Part shown: positions 30,079-39,300 of the stretch, piece after piece
How the letters are laid out: each line of letters starts with the position of its first letter
Position numbering within the stretch: the stretch's first letter is position 1
Assembly: GCA_963676835.2 (NCBI GenBank)
Contig: CAXXFF010000004.1
Location: 517,377-581,376 of the forward strand
DNA length: 64,000 bases
From: Marispirochaeta sp.
Lineage (GTDB): Bacteria > Spirochaetota > Spirochaetia > JC444 > Marispirochaetaceae
Reading direction: 5' to 3'
The notes under the pieces: model-generated
Told to the model about the DNA's origin: nothing
Databases searched by the model: none
The model's input: only the letters and a program-made list of their open reading frames with translations
Program-made: the position numbers and the translations under genes

Positions 30079-30098
30079 AGTAATTTCCCTTCACAATT

Positions 30099-31676
30099 TC
30101 ACAAATCTAATTCTGCAACCTTTGCAGCCAGAACCCAGAGGCCTTTCGCAAGCTGAACACAGGCATCTTCTGAAATATGGCAGCTGCCGTCACCGCCATC
30201 ATATTCACCCACAAAATCTGTGTTAATTCCATTCCAGGTGTTTCCGTTCCAGCTTTCTGTTATCCGCTGATCATTATCATAGTCGTAGGATAAGATATCC
30301 GCATAATCAAAAAGAACCCCGCCGTTTTCCTGAACATATTCCCTGATTGCTTCATGCTTAAGCCAGCGCTGATATCCGTTTTCATTATTAAGGTTCCCGT
30401 CTACAGGGCCAGTGGTAAATAAAGTGATGACACCGGAAGTATGGGCATTATACTCATCCACTGCAGCAAGGTAATCCTGCAAACTCAGACTGTTACCGGT
30501 GATAGTTCCATCTGCAGCATCCAATCCCCATGGCTTATCTCCGTCTGCCCCGGCCACCGTGCTTCCCGCCCAACCACAGCCGTATACAGGGTCTTTCTCT
30601 GTAGTCGGAGAGTTATGCCAGGTGGCATCCCAGCACCAGCCGAATCCAAACAGAACCGTTCCACTGTAACTGGCGGCAACTGTCGTTAAGCCTGTTTTAA
30701 CATCGTTTTTCGCGCTGGTATTGGTCCAGAAGTCTTCCTCACCCATGCTCGTATTCCAGGAAGTTCCATCCAGATATGCGCGGTTCCAGCGCAAAGCGTC
30801 AGTCCGATAGCTTTCGGCCGCACCGGACCAGGTTGTTGATGCATCATACATACTGTTATCCGCTTCCAGTGATTCCAGACCATAACCGTAGCCACGACCA
30901 TGGGACTCTCCGCTGATTATCATCAATACTTTTTTCGCCTCTTCTATCTGCCCCGAGGTAAGGGTATCAAACTCCAGCACAGATGAATGGTCAACTATAA
31001 GAAATATGCTTTCCGGGTCCGTTACAGCAGAATCAGTATTTGAATAATCCGAATACCCAACACTATTATATGCCCGTATACGGTAATAATATTCTGTTTC
31101 AGACTCCAGCAATGTATTTTCGTATGTTTCAACTCCCTCAAGCACCGTGTCAATAATGCTATAACTACTGCCATCCAATGATATTTCTATACTGAATCCG
31201 TCTTCGTTAGCGGAAGTATCATTCCAGGTAAGCAGGATTCGTGATGAAGAGACAGCAGTCGCAGTGACACTGGAAGGTGCTGCAGGCGCAATATCAGACG
31301 TTTCACCAACGGCAATATTGGAGTATTCAGAGACTATACTACTATTATATGCCTGCACTCTGTAGTAGTACTCTGTTGCCGGATCCAGCCCGCTAATTTC
31401 ATAAGAAACAGTATCCACCAAAACCTCAGAAATGAGATCATAGTTTGTCCCGTCAAGAGACTGCTCTATCCGAAAACCATCTTCATTATCGGACATGTCA
31501 TCCCAGGATAAATCAATCCTTCCAGAAGAAATTACAGTGGCGATCAGGTTATCCGGCGGATTCACAACAATAACAGTTGGAGAGGAGGCACCTCCTGCAG
31601 AGGCTCCCGGATCCTCACATGCAAAGAATAGTGACACACTAATCAGAATAACTGTTAAAAATATATGTTTTTTCAT
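30099..31676 (-). CDS. Lipoprotein with two fibronectin type III domains and an SGNH-like domain
   Basis: Lipobox FFA-C; two FN3 repeats (LSWDDMSDNEDGF...YYYRVQAYN; LTWNDTSANEDGF...YYYRIRAYN); C-domain highly similar to 29074-30078. Confidence 0.75.
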   Translation of the reverse strand: MKKHIFLTVILISVSLFFACEDPGASAGGASSPTVIVVNPPDNLIATVISSGRIDLSWDDMSDNEDGFRIEQSLDGTNYDLISEVLVDTVSYEISGLDPATEYYYRVQAYNSSIVSEYSNIAVGETSDIAPAAPSSVTATAVSSSRILLTWNDTSANEDGFSIEISLDGSSYSIIDTVLEGVETYENTLLESETEYYYRIRAYNSVGYSDYSNTDSAVTDPESIFLIVDHSSVLEFDTLTSGQIEEAKKVLMIISGESHGRGYGYGLESLEADNSMYDASTTWSGAAESYRTDALRWNRAYLDGTSWNTSMGEEDFWTNTSAKNDVKTGLTTVAASYSGTVLFGFGWCWDATWHNSPTTEKDPVYGCGWAGSTVAGADGDKPWGLDAADGTITGNSLSLQDYLAAVDEYNAHTSGVITLFTTGPVDGNLNNENGYQRWLKHEAIREYVQENGGVLFDYADILSYDYDNDQRITESWNGNTWNGINTDFVGEYDGGDGSCHISEDACVQLAKGLWVLAAKVAELDL

Positions 31677-31890
31677 TATTATGCTCCGTCAGCTACGTTG
31701 ACATATGGGCAGCTCTAAAAACTACTCTTTTCTCTATATCCTGTGACGTCATGATTTCCCACGTCCCTCAACTCCTGTTACAGCAGAAGTTTGCAGGCGC
31801 TATATAACCTATCCTTCTTGGCTCTGTTAAAATAACCAAGTTTTCGGAAGTGCCCATAGATAAAAATATACCCGGCGTTACAGAAAAACC

Positions 31891-31925
31891 AAAAAAAAAG
31901 CCCCTGCCTGTTTCCAGACAGAGGC
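31891..31925 (-). terminator. Rho-independent terminator after the wza-like gene
   Basis: Minus strand GCCTCTGTCTG-gaaa-CAGGCAGGGGC followed by T9. Confidence 0.85.
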
Positions 31926-31942
31926 CAATGGTAAACATTGGT

Positions 31943-33157
31943 TTACTGATTTGATAAAGTAATAATTGAAATAATAGTAGCGATAAAGGCAAATCCGGTA
32001 GAAACTACCGGGAAATACCGATTGAAATTATAAACGAAGTTATTATTTAAAACTGTAATAGTATCACCCGCAGCAATAGGATATGTAGGATCTTTCTCAT
32101 TTCCGAAGCGGTCGGTTATCAGTACTTCATTACCTGCATTCCGTTCGAAATCAATACCTCCGGCCAGGTTCGCATAATACATGTATGTTTCGGGAGGGGT
32201 ATACTGGTATCTACCGGGGTTAAAGACCGCTCCAACAACTGTAACCATGAGTGTATTATCTCTCTTTGAAGGTACGGTAATAATATCACGGTCTTCAAAT
32301 TCGAAGCTGCCCTCATAATCTTCAAAATCCAGAATAATAAGTTCAGGATGAGCATCGGTGTATCTTTCTATGGTGACCCTCTCCAGGTCGGCCAGGGGTG
32401 TAAAACCTCCGGAAAAAAACTTAATATCACCAAGACTTTCGCCATCCTTCAGTTGGTATACTCCCGGACGATAAACTTCTCCACTTATCCGGATTTCCTT
32501 TGTCACCCGGGAAATCTCAACCCTGTCTCCAGGCTGGACATAGGGGTTCTGCATAAGATCGCCCTTATATCTAGCCATCCAGATATCATAAATACGTACA
32601 CTGCCATCTTTTGATAACACCTTTACATTACGTATTGACGAATGCCTGCCAAGAGCTCCGGAAATAACTTCACTTAAACGGGAGAGCCCCCATGCCATGA
32701 CATAGCGAGTCTGTGGAATCTCACCAACAACCGGAACCTGGAAGGTTCCGGTTGAAATCATAGTGACTGAAGGTATGCTGCGCGGATATCCTTCCATAAT
32801 CATTCTTTCGATGGTCCGCTTCAGCTGAGGAAAACTCATTCCTTTAACATCAACCGATCCCATGGCGCCAAGATTAACAGAATAATCACTCTCCACGATC
32901 AGCTGGTTTGAGATAAGGTTACCTGCGGTCGTAAAAGTGAGACGATAAATATCCCCTGGAGTTGCCGGATAATTCTCATTCGAGATGGCCAGTTGAAGCC
33001 GGTCTACCGAGTTTTCAACCAGTTCCTCTTCCTGTGCTGCTTCAGGAGAACCTGCAGCAGGTTGAGCTGCCAGGATTTCCTGCTCAAGTGTCATGGTCTG
33101 AGAAAAAAGAGCAACAGACAATAAAAAACAATAAATACTGATCAATACCTTTTTCAT
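31943..33157 (-). CDS. Polysaccharide export protein with SLBB domains (Wza/OPX-like)
   Basis: Signal peptide, YPATPGDIY, repeated V.GEVYRPG.Y and GAVFNPG SLBB motifs, C-terminal amphipathic helix. Confidence 0.85.
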   Translation of the reverse strand: MKKVLISIYCFLLSVALFSQTMTLEQEILAAQPAAGSPEAAQEEELVENSVDRLQLAISNENYPATPGDIYRLTFTTAGNLISNQLIVESDYSVNLGAMGSVDVKGMSFPQLKRTIERMIMEGYPRSIPSVTMISTGTFQVPVVGEIPQTRYVMAWGLSRLSEVISGALGRHSSIRNVKVLSKDGSVRIYDIWMARYKGDLMQNPYVQPGDRVEISRVTKEIRISGEVYRPGVYQLKDGESLGDIKFFSGGFTPLADLERVTIERYTDAHPELIILDFEDYEGSFEFEDRDIITVPSKRDNTLMVTVVGAVFNPGRYQYTPPETYMYYANLAGGIDFERNAGNEVLITDRFGNEKDPTYPIAAGDTITVLNNNFVYNFNRYFPVVSTGFAFIATIISIITLSNQ

Positions 33158-33165
33158 GGAGATAC

Positions 33166-34383
33166 TTACCTTTTTCCCTTGAGCAAATCCGTTTTTGACG
33201 GATCATCTTTAATCTTGATAATCAGGTCCCAGAACAGAGCACCGCCGAGACTGATGAAAAATCCAAGTACAGTGGCGATCATACAGATTTGACTTCTACG
33301 CGGTCTGGATTTTTCTTCAGGAACTTCTGCAGGTTCCAGAATACTGAAAGGCGATGTTCCACTGGTTGCAGTAAGCTTCTGAACTTCATACTGCTCCTTG
33401 AGATTCTGGAAAATGCGCATCTGAATTTCATGATTCATCTGCAGATGTGAAAACTCAATTGCCAGGGTTGAGAGCTCCTCACGAGAGGGCATTTCACGCA
33501 TACCGCCGGTACCCTGCCCTCGTTCAATCTGCTGAATAAGCGCCTGCAGGCTGTCCCGTCGTGCTTGAAGCTGAATAAGTTCCTGGTCCTGGATAGTTGA
33601 GAAGCCTGCGTAATTTCTGATGGCTACCTCTGTCTGGATCAACTGAGTCTGCAGATCATTAATCATATTTGCCTGGGCCTCTGCCAATTGTTCTACCGAG
33701 AAAACCCCATACTCAGTTTGAAACCTGGAGATTTCTCCCTCCAGTCGACGAATCTCCTGAGTTACTTCTTCAAGTTTAATTTCCATTGCCTTCAAATTTT
33801 GACTTGAGCTGGTGCCTTCCCACTGCTGAAACCATTTCTGAAGATTATCCACCATGCTGTTCACCACATCCCGGGCAAACTGGGGACTTGTATCCTCATA
33901 ACTTATCCGGAGGCTCCCGGTCCGACTGTCGAATCCGAAACTGCTGTTGCCAAGGATAACGTTCCGTGAGGACGTTTTTACTTTGTTTACAATTCCATAT
34001 TTCTCAATAATCCCGTTTTCCTCAACAATGGTATCAAGGAAAGGGCGGCTCTGAAGTACCCTTACTCCCAGCTCACCATAATTCATATCGCTTTGAGGCG
34101 CCTGGATACCGATTGCAGCAAGCATTGATCCCATATCGCCGCCTCCGCCCCCTTCTCCGGCAATCAGGACAGCGTAAGATATATAATGGTTCGGGAGAGG
34201 ACTTTTGTCCGGCGGGAGCAAAATAGTCATAAGGGAGAATACAACACTCCCGACTGCTGCTATTGCTGTTCCTATTACAACAACTTTAATATGCTTAATG
34301 AGAAAAGAAAGGTAATACAGAATCCCCTCCAGCAATGTGCGCTCCTGGGATTCCTGTGATGGTTCTATCTGGTTATTTTCCAT
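33166..34383 (-). CDS. Polysaccharide co-polymerase (Wzz/GumC-like, no kinase domain)
   Basis: Two TM helices around a long coiled coil; ILEPAEVPEEKSRPRRS proline motif before TM2. Confidence 0.85.
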   Translation of the reverse strand: MENNQIEPSQESQERTLLEGILYYLSFLIKHIKVVVIGTAIAAVGSVVFSLMTILLPPDKSPLPNHYISYAVLIAGEGGGGGDMGSMLAAIGIQAPQSDMNYGELGVRVLQSRPFLDTIVEENGIIEKYGIVNKVKTSSRNVILGNSSFGFDSRTGSLRISYEDTSPQFARDVVNSMVDNLQKWFQQWEGTSSSQNLKAMEIKLEEVTQEIRRLEGEISRFQTEYGVFSVEQLAEAQANMINDLQTQLIQTEVAIRNYAGFSTIQDQELIQLQARRDSLQALIQQIERGQGTGGMREMPSREELSTLAIEFSHLQMNHEIQMRIFQNLKEQYEVQKLTATSGTSPFSILEPAEVPEEKSRPRRSQICMIATVLGFFISLGGALFWDLIIKIKDDPSKTDLLKGKR

Positions 34384-34442
34384 TGTGCCTCAGTGTATAA
34401 AGAAATTCTCTATATGTAAATGATTCACCCGATAGGTGAAAT

Positions 34443-35348
34443 TTATTTAACAGCTTCCATAAAGAGAGCTACATCGTTCCAGAGCCAGTCAAAATAGTTT
34501 CGGTTACGCATAACCGGAGCCAGGCTTTGGCCTGGTGACAATGTATGAACAGTTTTAAATCCGGCCTGCCGCAGAAACCTACCCAGCTTTGCATAATTCC
34601 ACCAGTTGATATGATTCTGACGGTAGATTTTCTGCTTTTCCAGACTGCACCGGGATGTACACAAATCCATGGCGGTCTCAAATGGATTTGCCCTCATGAT
34701 ATTGTCAAGTTCTGTATCTTCAATGGGATTTTCTATACCATCCGCATGAATTGTTGACGCGTTTGCAGCGAAATGTACAAGAAAAACCTGCTGAAGGGAC
34801 GCCTTATTTAAGGGAATACGGTACTTCATGAGCTGCATCATTTCTGGACGGCTGAAATTTTCGATCCAGCTGAAATAATGGTAATCCTGCTTCTTGTAGG
34901 CAATATAATCGAGTTCCAGATTGGGTATAATAAACCTTACAACGCCGTTCTTTTTTAGACAGCGGTAAATATCCCGGAGTAAATACTCTGCGTGAGTATC
35001 AGTTATATGCTCCATAGCAAAGCGGGAGTGAAAAAGCTCGGCGGAAGCATCGTCTATGGGAAGAGGTTTACAGTCGAAAGGGTCATAGGCAATATCACAT
35101 TCGGGATTGTACATGGGAGTTAGATCGTATTTCCTGTCTACATCTATATTTGTCCACAGAGGGTGGAAAAAGCTCCCTCCAAACCCAAAATGACCGCCGG
35201 CAGATATATTATAAAAGGCTTTTCTTTTTATACTGTCTTCCGGGTAGTTTAGTCTGTAGAGTTGAGAATCATCTTCCAACCGTCTTGTTTTAGTAAGCTG
35301 GTAACCGGATTTTCCCAGTATTTTTTGAATTATCTGTTTCATTGACAT
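34443..35348 (-). CDS. Class I SAM-dependent methyltransferase-like protein
   Basis: WTNIDVD, LPIDDASAELFHSRFAMEHI, IYRCLKKNGVVRFIIP; motif I is atypical. Confidence 0.65.
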   Translation of the reverse strand: MSMKQIIQKILGKSGYQLTKTRRLEDDSQLYRLNYPEDSIKRKAFYNISAGGHFGFGGSFFHPLWTNIDVDRKYDLTPMYNPECDIAYDPFDCKPLPIDDASAELFHSRFAMEHITDTHAEYLLRDIYRCLKKNGVVRFIIPNLELDYIAYKKQDYHYFSWIENFSRPEMMQLMKYRIPLNKASLQQVFLVHFAANASTIHADGIENPIEDTELDNIMRANPFETAMDLCTSRCSLEKQKIYRQNHINWWNYAKLGRFLRQAGFKTVHTLSPGQSLAPVMRNRNYFDWLWNDVALFMEAVK

Positions 35349-35400
35349 ACCTTATCTTCACTTCCTTGATACAATTTATCTTTACCGTTATACAATAACC

Positions 35401-36330
35401 ATGAATTATAGGACTTTTTTAAGCAGATGCTTTGTACTTATATTCTTATACATTTCATCCGGGTGCGGGAATCCCGATATCAAATACATTCAGGATAATA
35501 ATATGCTGAAGGCAATCCATTACACTTCCGACACTATTGAGAATCTCAATTATACGGTTTATGAACCTGTTAATAATGAACCAGCCGGACTTCTGATCTT
35601 TTTTCATGGCGCCGGCGGGAGTGCTGATTCGTGGCAGAGCTTCGGAAGGAACATTGAAAATTACTGGAAGAAAGAAGGAATGGCTCCTCCTCTGGTCGTC
35701 TCAATTTCCCGGGGGCCAGTCTGGTTTCTCACAGGAGAAACATCTCTCATTTCCCAAGATTTAATCAATGTGGTGAGGGAAGAAATTCTTCTTCCGCTGG
35801 AAACACAATATAAACTGCCGGAAAAGCGTACATTGATCGGATTATCCATGGGAGGTTTCAACGCACTTTCCTTTTATGTCTCAGATCCAGATTATTTCAA
35901 CCGGATACTACTGATCAGTCCGGCTCTGATAACAGTTTCACCATTCAGTTCAAGTAAAGAAGTTGACGATTATGCAGCACGAACACAAGCATATTCTTTC
36001 AAGCAGAAGATAAAGACTTTACTGGCAGGGAAAAAAATCTATACCGGGAATATCAACACTATTATTTCCAACCTCAAAACCGCAGCAGCCACAGAGGAGG
36101 ACTGGGAATTAATTAATCCCTTACAAAAACTTGAAAAAATGAAGGAAATCCCCGGTAAATTTCTAATAGCCTCGGCAAAAAAGGATATCTATGGGTTTCA
36201 GGAAGGAATAGAAGAGCTCCGCCTGCTTTTAATAAAAGAAAATGCTTTAACAGATTTTATCGAGGTAGACGACACCAGGCATTTGCTTACCCTACCGGAA
36301 GAAGCGTTATCCTTTATTGCCTTTCCGTAA
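35401..36330 (+). CDS. Alpha/beta hydrolase (esterase), probably a lipoprotein
   Basis: FFHGAGG, GLSMGG nucleophile elbow, C-terminal His; ISSG-C lipobox-like; 3' end overlaps the PKS stop. Confidence 0.8.
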   Translation: MNYRTFLSRCFVLIFLYISSGCGNPDIKYIQDNNMLKAIHYTSDTIENLNYTVYEPVNNEPAGLLIFFHGAGGSADSWQSFGRNIENYWKKEGMAPPLVVSISRGPVWFLTGETSLISQDLINVVREEILLPLETQYKLPEKRTLIGLSMGGFNALSFYVSDPDYFNRILLISPALITVSPFSSSKEVDDYAARTQAYSFKQKIKTLLAGKKIYTGNINTIISNLKTAAATEEDWELINPLQKLEKMKEIPGKFLIASAKKDIYGFQEGIEELRLLLIKENALTDFIEVDDTRHLLTLPEEALSFIAFP

Positions 36331-39300
36331 TAGCTGCAATATCATTTCTGAGAATCTTTGAAATCATTTCACCGCTTATTTTGCCATGTTCACTGAGCCG
36401 GGAGATATGATTTCCCGGTACTACATGTACATCCATTGAAGGAAATATTTTCGTATCCCAACCCAGATTTTTTCTGCGACGATCCCACTCCTGGTTGACA
36501 AGCAGGGTAACTAATCCGGTATATCTCCGGGGACGATAGCTCAGTAATTTTCTCTGATAGAACAGACTGCTTTCCAGCACCTGACGGATCTGTTTCTGGC
36601 GGGGTGTGACTGCGAATAAAACATTGCCCAGTTCAGAAAATGAATGCACTATTCCTTTAATACAGTTACAGCTGCTCTGTTTGCTGAAATTACGGAGCAG
36701 GAGTTTTTTTATCCACTGTTTATAATAAAAAAGTTCTTCACTGATAAATTTTCCAAGCCCCGGACGGGGAGTATCCATAAGAACAAGATGGGCCACGGTT
36801 TCCCCGGCTGCAGACAACTGCCTGGCAATTTCTATAGCAATCATCCCGCCTACACACTCCCCCCCAATATAGTAAGGGCCTTCAGGCTGCACTTTTTTCA
36901 ACTCTTCAATATAGACTGCTGCCATAGTCTCGACATTTCGGTGCATGGTTTCGCCAAAACGAATGCCCCGGGGGCGAAAACCATAAATAGGCTGATCCTT
37001 CCCGAGAAAGCCAATAAGACTGGAAAAATAGCGAAGAAAATCCTCCTCATAGCTGGAGGTCATTTTTTCACGGTCGTAATAGCGGTTTTCATGGGCTCCT
37101 GCAACAAGAAATAATCTGGGAAGACTGCCTTTCGCCTGCACCGGAAACAGTAGGGGAAATTCATCCGCTTCGCTGCAACTGTCGGAGCATCCCTGAGAAA
37201 CAACATCCAGCATATCCTGAAAGACAGGATTAAGCAGAATATCATTCAGTCTGATCGTTATGCCGAACTCCGCGTTGATTTTTTTCACCAGCTCGGCTGA
37301 CATCAACGAATCACCGCCCAGATCAAAAAAATTGGCATCTGCAGAGATATTCTCATAGCCAAGAACCTGCTGCCAGACTTTACTTAGACGTGGTAAAACA
37401 TCTTTATTTTTATTCCCAGTATCACCTGTATCTTGTGTCAGGCTTATCTGCGAGTCCGGGTTATGAGCTGAGTTATTGATTTTAAGGTCCGGCAATATCC
37501 AGTGTTCCGTCTTTTTAAATGCGTAGGTGGGAAGATTAAGAGTTTTACCGTTCTTAATACTGTTAATTCCACCAAGATCAACACATCCACCGGCGCGCCA
37601 TATATTTCCCAATCCCTTAAGAAAGAAAAACTCTTCATTGATATCGCTTCCAGAGCCGGGCAGGGTCTGAACAAGGATTTTTTCTTTTCGGGTATCGATT
37701 GTTCTTACCAGCCGGGAAAGAACTGCTCCAGGACCAACCTCCACGTAGAGACTCTCCGACTCTATTTTAATTGATAAAATACCCTGATAAAAAAGGACAG
37801 TACTCCTTAGATGGTTCATCCAGTACTCGGGAGTATACACATACCCTTTATTCAGTTTTTCTCCACTGAGGTTACTGATAACATCCAGCTGCAAAGGGTT
37901 GAAAGAAATAGTCTGCAAAATCTCTTCAAATCCCGGCAGAATCTGATCCATCAGGCGACTGTGAAATCCGGACCGTGAAGACAGCATCTTACAGCTAATA
38001 TTTTTCTCAGTAAAAAATCCTTTGCAGTTCTCAATGGCTTCGGGCTCACCTGAAAGGACAACCTGCCCGGGACCGTTTATACCGGCAACATCCACATAAT
38101 CCGGGATTAGACCGGCAATATTTTCATATTCAGCAAAAACTGCAAGAAGCCTGCCCTCATCCGCCTGAGACATTATTTCGCCTCTACGGGAAACAAGGCG
38201 AACACCATCCTCCAGACTAAAAGCACCAGCAAGGCAGGCCGCTGTAAACTCGCCCAGGCTGTGACCTGTCATGGCATCACATTGAACACCATAAGAGAAG
38301 AGAGTTTTTGCTATTGCCCATTCAACCGAAAAAAGCAGAGGCTGAATATAGGCTGTATCCGCAAGCTTTGTCTCTGCATCCGGATCTGTTCCAAAGATTA
38401 TACTCCCGGAGTTCCAGCTGTTGACAGCATCAACAAGCTCGAGGGCAGTATCAAGAAAACCGGCAAAAACTTCATTGTTCTCATAAAGGGACCGACACAT
38501 ACCTGCATACTGTGTCCCCTGTCCGGGAAATAGAAAAATCGTATAGGGCTTTACCGTCGCTTTTCTGCTTGAACAGACAGCTTCAGACTGACCATCCTTT
38601 TCATGAAAAGGGACTGTCAGAAATCCCCGGAATGGCAATGTACTTCTACGGGTCATCATAGTCCAGACTGCATTAACCCGGTCTGTTCTACTTAAGGTAT
38701 TCAGGTAATCGGCTATTCTGTCCGCATACATTTTCAGAGATTCAGAGCTTTTCGCTGAAACAGGGCATAACATAAACCTGGCAGCGGTTGAATCTGCGCC
38801 GGTTGCCCCTCGACCAGGAGGCTCCCAGGATTCCAGGACAACATGAGCATTGGTCCCACCAATACCAAAAGAACTGACACCGGCGATCCTTCGTCCGTTC
38901 ACCGATTCCCACCTCCGGAGCTCAGTATTTACCTTAAAAGGAGTCTGCTCAATTTTCATTTCGGGGTTTGGCCGGGTGAAGTTAATGGAAGGCGGGAGTT
39001 TGCGATTTTTCAAAGATAATGCTGTTTTGATCAGCCCTATTATACCAGCTGCAGCATCAAGATGACCGATATTGGATTTTACGGAACCGATATAGCAGGG
39101 ATGCTCTCTGTTCTCATTGTTCCCAAAACTCTTTGTCAGCCCGGCAATTTCAATGGGATCACCCAGAATAGTCCCTGTTCCATGGGCTTCTACATATGAA
39201 ACCTCATCAGGGGAAATTCCTGCAAGACCAAGAGCATCATTGATAACCTCTGCCTGGCCATCGACACTGGGTGCGGTATATCCGATTTTCGCAGCGCCGT

